From positions 5,704,001 to 5,768,000 of the forward strand of contig CM052845.1 in the NCBI GenBank assembly GCA_028534125.1: a stretch of 64,000 nt of DNA, read 5' to 3'. Under the pieces are notes generated by a model. It was given only the letters and a program-made list of their open reading frames with translations. It ran no database searches and was not told where the DNA came from. The translations under genes and the position numbers were made by a program. Positions 59,136 through 64,000 of the stretch are shown piece by piece. How positions within the stretch are numbered: the first letter of the stretch is position 1; every line of letters begins with the position of its first letter. Source of the stretch: Lama glama. Taxonomy: Eukaryota.

Positions 59136-62100
59136 ACAGAATCCTGTCACTTTCAAACTCTCACGTGGAAGCAGTAATATTTCACACCTCTTGAGGGATA
59201 GAGAAGCTATACGGAAGTTGTTCAAACTCCTCTAAATTCGCTACTGGCCATCCTGACATGTCTAAAGAGATTGACAGTTAAGAAAGCATTCCACCTTTAA
59301 AAAAAAACCATCAATCGTAAGAAGTTGTGGTATCAGTTACTATAGGCTCACATTCAACCGAAATTTAGTTTTCAATTTCTAAATACCAGGCCATTCTGTC
59401 TGCTTCAGCTCTTACCTACGAGCTCCTGCTATGCCAGATCGCTCATCTCCATGCTTCGCTGCATCTTTAGAGTGTTTTTCACCCTTCTTACTTGCAGCTG
59501 CCGCACTTCAGTTCACCAGACAGTATCGTCTGAGTATCCTGTTATTTTAGTGCTGCCGTGTGTGTCCAACTCAGCAAAGCCATGCACCAGCGAACATCAT
59601 TTGGGGCTGCGAGACTGGTTTCTGTAGCAGGAACCCACTGGATGATCCCCTGGGGGCATTTTTTCACCAGGCACAGGAAAGTAAAGGAAAAAAGTAAAAT
59701 ACGCACTGCGTTGGCTACTCAAGATATGTTTATGGTAGGAATGGAAGGATGTAGAAAGTGATAAAGGGAGAAAAAGAAGGAAGGCACTAAGGACAAGAGG
59801 AAGAAAGGAAGTGAGGGAGTTAGAGGGGGAACGAGGAACAGGAAGTGAGAGAAGCTGGAACAGAATTACGGAAAGAAAATTGACTTGATTCCTCATTTAA
59901 GACTTAACCTTCTTGGAGGATTTACCTTCCCTAAAAGGAAGCAAAACAAAAGTTAACAGCACTCAATCACCATTCTGTAAATATTGGAACTTTATTATTC
60001 TGTGTACTGCTTCATTGCTAACTAAGTCTACCCACTCCAGCACAGCTGTCTTTTACATGCTGCTTTTATTCAAATTGTGTACAGATAACAACAAAATCGA
60101 TTAGAAAAAAATGACTGAAAAACATTCTGGAGTTTAATAATAGGGAGTTTAGCAGACAATTAACTTAAAAATGCAGAGAGAGAAAGTGTGCCCTTCATGT
60201 ACAATGTGCAGTGTTCATGTTGACCCATGCCTACTGAGAACATGGTTTATCTACAGTCAGAGGCATCTCTAATGAATTCTCTTTGCTTTAGTACATTCCA
60301 GACCTTATTCTGATCCCATCCCATTTGTTAACTGTGCTATTCTTGATCTTGGTCAAAGTGGACTTTTTTCACGACTGTGGCTTTTAAAATAAATGCAGAG
60401 AATTCTCAGCCTCTATCTGCCATTGCAGAAATATCAGGATTTCAAGATAGATATTCTTCATCAGCTGAAAACTTGTAGTCTTATTTATCTCTCTCCTGAT
60501 TTCCAATTTTATATTAAATCTGTTTCTTTCATAGCCTCCGCTATGAGACAACAGGTTACTGGTTACCCTCAAAGACAACTTTCTCTGCTTTGCCTTTGGA
60601 TGTGGTGTTTGAAGAGATTATATAAACTGCCTATCTTTTTGTAGAAAGAAAAGATTTTTGACTTGGGTATTAAGTGAAAAAAAAAAAAACCCTACACAGT
60701 TAAGCAGAAGCCAGTGACTTGATACATTCCCCTGTTACATTATGAATTAATTCTTTTCCTTCCCTCTAGTGATACCTCTTTACCTCCAGCAAGCAGCTCT
60801 GTTGGCATGAGTGGTTTGTTTCTGTTTAGAATTTTCATGCTCCAAAGTACAGACTTTATTGTCACGGGACTATAGTTATTACGTGTATAAGGCATGATGT
60901 TTAGTGCAATCCCATTGGTCTTTTAGGGGAAAGTCAGTCACTCAGAAGTCCTATTATGTGACATTAATTATCAGGAGTGACAATTAATAATGAGTCCTGG
61001 AGATTTTCAGAAATCTGTGCAAATAACTACTCAGAATTTAAAAAGTATTATTTGTGGTTGCTCTTCAGGTGACTCAAATTCTGTGTATCTTATTTTTTAA
61101 TGTTTCAATGTTTGATACATTAAAAAAACTCTTTAAAAAATTAAGGTAGAAAACACAATAGTAGACTTTTGAGGTGTATGTATATTTACATATATCTGTG
61201 TCTATGTATTAATATACAGAAGTGTAAATATATTCCCACACCCCTTAGCTCTTTTGTAAGACACATTTTGGTACAAATACTGTTTTCCTAACTTAAAAAT
61301 GCCACTCTTGTACATGTGGCAGACTTTTTGATGAAGATCAAGAGAATGAATGGAGCTACACGGAATCATGGCAGAGTCTGTACTTGAACTTGAGCGTTAG
61401 TATGCCTCTTCTCCCAAAGTGTTCAGGCATCCTCACCATCATCTCCCAGTCGCCTTATCCCTTCAGATCCCAGGTCTCCTGCTGTAAAACCACCCCTGGC
61501 TCCCTGGTCCTGTTTTCCCATCTTCTCTTCATTCCTGGGCCCTCCCCGTGCTGACTTTCCACCACACCTAGAAACTCCATTTTTAAAATAATGTTATTAT
61601 GTGTAGCAATGTAGCTTTCTCTGTCTGACTCCTCCTGCCTGTTCTCTGAAATCTAAAATCAAAATAACTCATCAAATCTTTCCGATAAACAAAAGATAGC
61701 TCTCTTCTCAAGCTAACTTTCCTGCTTTAAAATAGCAAAGATTTTTGGTGGAATCTTAGTTGGGATATAATTCAGTAAAATCTCTTCAAAGCCTACTTTT
61801 TTGAGGGGAGGGAGTAATAGGTTATATTTAGATCAGCTACCCACAAGCTAAGTTGAGCAAAGTATAGGAATATAGTGTTTGTTTTATTTCATGCTTTTTA
61901 AAACAATGAGAACCAGAAAGCACGGAAATCTGCCAGGGAAACCTATTTTAAGATGCTTCACTCTTGGTTCAAGAACAAGTTTCAAGGGTGCTTCTGAACT
62001 TTACGTGTGTGTTTTCAAAGCTTATGTCAAATGCCTCTTGTCTGATTAAATATTTTCTTAGAGTTTGGATGTGACATTAATAAGATGTGTACTTACATTT

Positions 62101-63549
62101 ATGATAAATATACAAGAAAATCATGAACGAGAAGATAAGCAGAACCAGGTGAATAAGTAGATCTGAGTATGTATTCAATGAGGAGCAACTCCCCTCGGAA
62201 CGATGCTGAGAACCCCGATTCTGACCCAGAAAAAGAAGGTTCTCAACAAGTAATTTGAAAAAGTCCAGCAAATACGAAATATGGATGTTTCCAAGGATGT
62301 CAGTTCTTATAGTCAACTAAGTAGAGAAAGGGCTGACTTTTTTTTAACATCCTGAAAATATCCCAGAACTCTTTTTTCCCCTCTACTTACCACACACAGT
62401 TTTAGTGATTCTGGGGGTCCTGCTTTGTGGGGCACTTTCCTCCTGGAAGACCGTGGAGAGTTAGAAGAGCAATTTGTCTGAAGCACACTCCAAAAAGTCA
62501 AGAAATCTTGCTATTCTGAGCATGAATGCCCCTGTAACCTAACATTTCTATTGAATTTATAGACCGATATTACGAATACACGTTGGGTAGATGGGCACGT
62601 GGCTGGGTTAAGGGTCTCTCCAACTATTGATCTCAGCACAATAAAGAGTAAGTGGTGCCACTGGAAATTTGATTTTTATGTGATGGAAATGTGCTGAATC
62701 ATCAGTTATAGTTCTACCACCATGTATTTCAGGGACATTTATAAAGCTGTGGGGTTAAATCAAATCAGATTTGGAGAATGTAAAGAAAAGATTTGCAGAA
62801 AGGGGGGGGTTGTCAAAACTGTGGCTTGAGAGAATAACATTTTAGGCCTTTAAGGAAGGATGCAGGCCACAAGGATGTTTAAAACCATTTTGAGTGTGCT
62901 CGCATTAATTGAATTCCTAGAAATTAAATGCAAAATAAATAACTTTACTAATGTCATATATAAGAAGGACATCACATAGCTTATGTGCTACAATGTCTAT
63001 GAATAGCTTGAAAAAATCCAAAATATCAGGCAAATAGAATATGGCCCTTACATGCACATCTCATATTAAGCTTGGGAGGGTGTAGGATAACTTGACAGCT
63101 TGGAAACAAGTTGATTTTTAAAGATTCTTGATATAATATTATATTATGCAAGATAGTAACAGTTGAATGCTGAGGTATGGAAATCTATACTTGCATGAAA
63201 TTCTTAAGTGAGTGATGCTAAATGTTAGTGTGTAGAACAGGAAATGGAGAGGCACTTAGTATAGGGATGCAGATACTGATGATACAAACTTAATTGAACC
63301 CTCAGATTTTCGTTGGGAAATCCTCAGGAAGAAATCTGGCTTTGTTGTGAACGCCCCGTTACTTATTGTTTCTGACTTGTTGAAGAACACATGATGATAA
63401 GCACATGCAAGCTGACAGAAGTGCTGTAACACATTTGTGAAGCCTGCCAGCCCTGTGTGTTTTGTAACATATTGTTAGGAAATACTGCTGCTTTCTGGAT
63501 TATCTCACTTTACAAGTAATGTAAGAAAGCTCTGGAGAGTAGCCATTAC

Positions 63550-63655
63550 CAGAGTATAAGGTATTGGACTTTGAACCAAGAAATCCATAGTTCAGACTTG
63601 ACTTTTCCATAACTAGATCTATGACCTTGGGCAAGCCATTTAATTTCCCTGGGCA
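63550..63655 (+). mobile_element. MIR fragment
   Basis: ttggactttgaaccaaga ... actagatctatgaccttgggcaagccatttaatttccct. Confidence 0.75.
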
Positions 63656-63679
63656 TTTAGACTAAATAATATTAATAAT

Positions 63680-63905
63680 TCTAGTTTATTATATGCCAAT
63701 ATTTTGCTAAGTATACTTTCTTATCCCATTAATAACCCATTTAAGTAAATATACTCTCCATTGACACAGAGAAAAAAATTGAGGTTTAGAGATATAAGAA
63801 AATTGCCCAAGGTACAGAGCTAATAAAGAGTAGAAATGGGATTTTGATTGAGACCTGTTTGTTCTGAAACCTATGTCCTTAATCACTATGCCATGCTGCC
63901 TTCCC
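63680..63905 (-). mobile_element. MIR
   Basis: aaattgaggtttagagatataagaaaattgcccaaggtacagagcta ... cttaatcactatgccatgctgcc. Confidence 0.85.
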
Positions 63906-64000
63906 AAAGAACTGTGAAATCTTCCCAGTTCGCTTGGTCACATAATGGTGAAGAGCATAGACTGGGGCTTAGAAAGCCTGAGCTCACGTCCCTTTCACTG

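Noticed and set aside
274-63907. ORF-track entries as protein-coding genes
   Set aside because: They are short, low-complexity, often start at non-ATG codons, overlap repeats or microsatellites, and resemble no protein I recognise. Only the L1 ORF2 fragment is genuine coding-derived sequence.
1-64000. Repeat orientation bias as evidence of host-gene strand
   Set aside because: L1s lean to the minus strand (about 6 vs 4) but LTRs are mixed; too weak to call.

Overview
Mammalian (eutherian) genomic DNA, AT-rich and CpG-depleted, with two assembly gaps (31233-31396, 164 N; 41828-42327, exactly 500 N). The window is non-coding in character: either a long intron or intergenic DNA. It is filled with old eutherian repeats (MIR, L2, L1M, MaLR/ERVL/ERV1 solo LTRs, hAT and Tigger DNA transposon fossils) plus younger cetartiodactyl-type L1 3' ends and ERV1 LTRs. 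I saw no Alu, Bov-tA, PRE-1, ERE or CAN SINEs. That absence and the L1 3'-end sequence point to a camelid (recalled from memory, not verified). No complete protein-coding gene is recognisable. Almost all ORF-track entries look like chance ORFs; the exception is an L1 ORF2 fragment at ~42328-42525 (minus strand). I cannot support a claim of a new biological system. The best leads are: a candidate 24-nt frame-preserving microexon (35421-35444) with an upstream UGC motif and a perfect 11-bp hairpin; a tailless 5S rRNA retropseudogene with TSD; a poly(A)-only retroinsertion with a perfect 16-bp TSD; a young L1 whose gap probably hides about 3 kb; two template-switch-like inverted duplications; and several repeat-free, motif-dense candidate enhancers. 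Repeat family names are from recall of consensus sequences and need RepeatMasker/Dfam confirmation.
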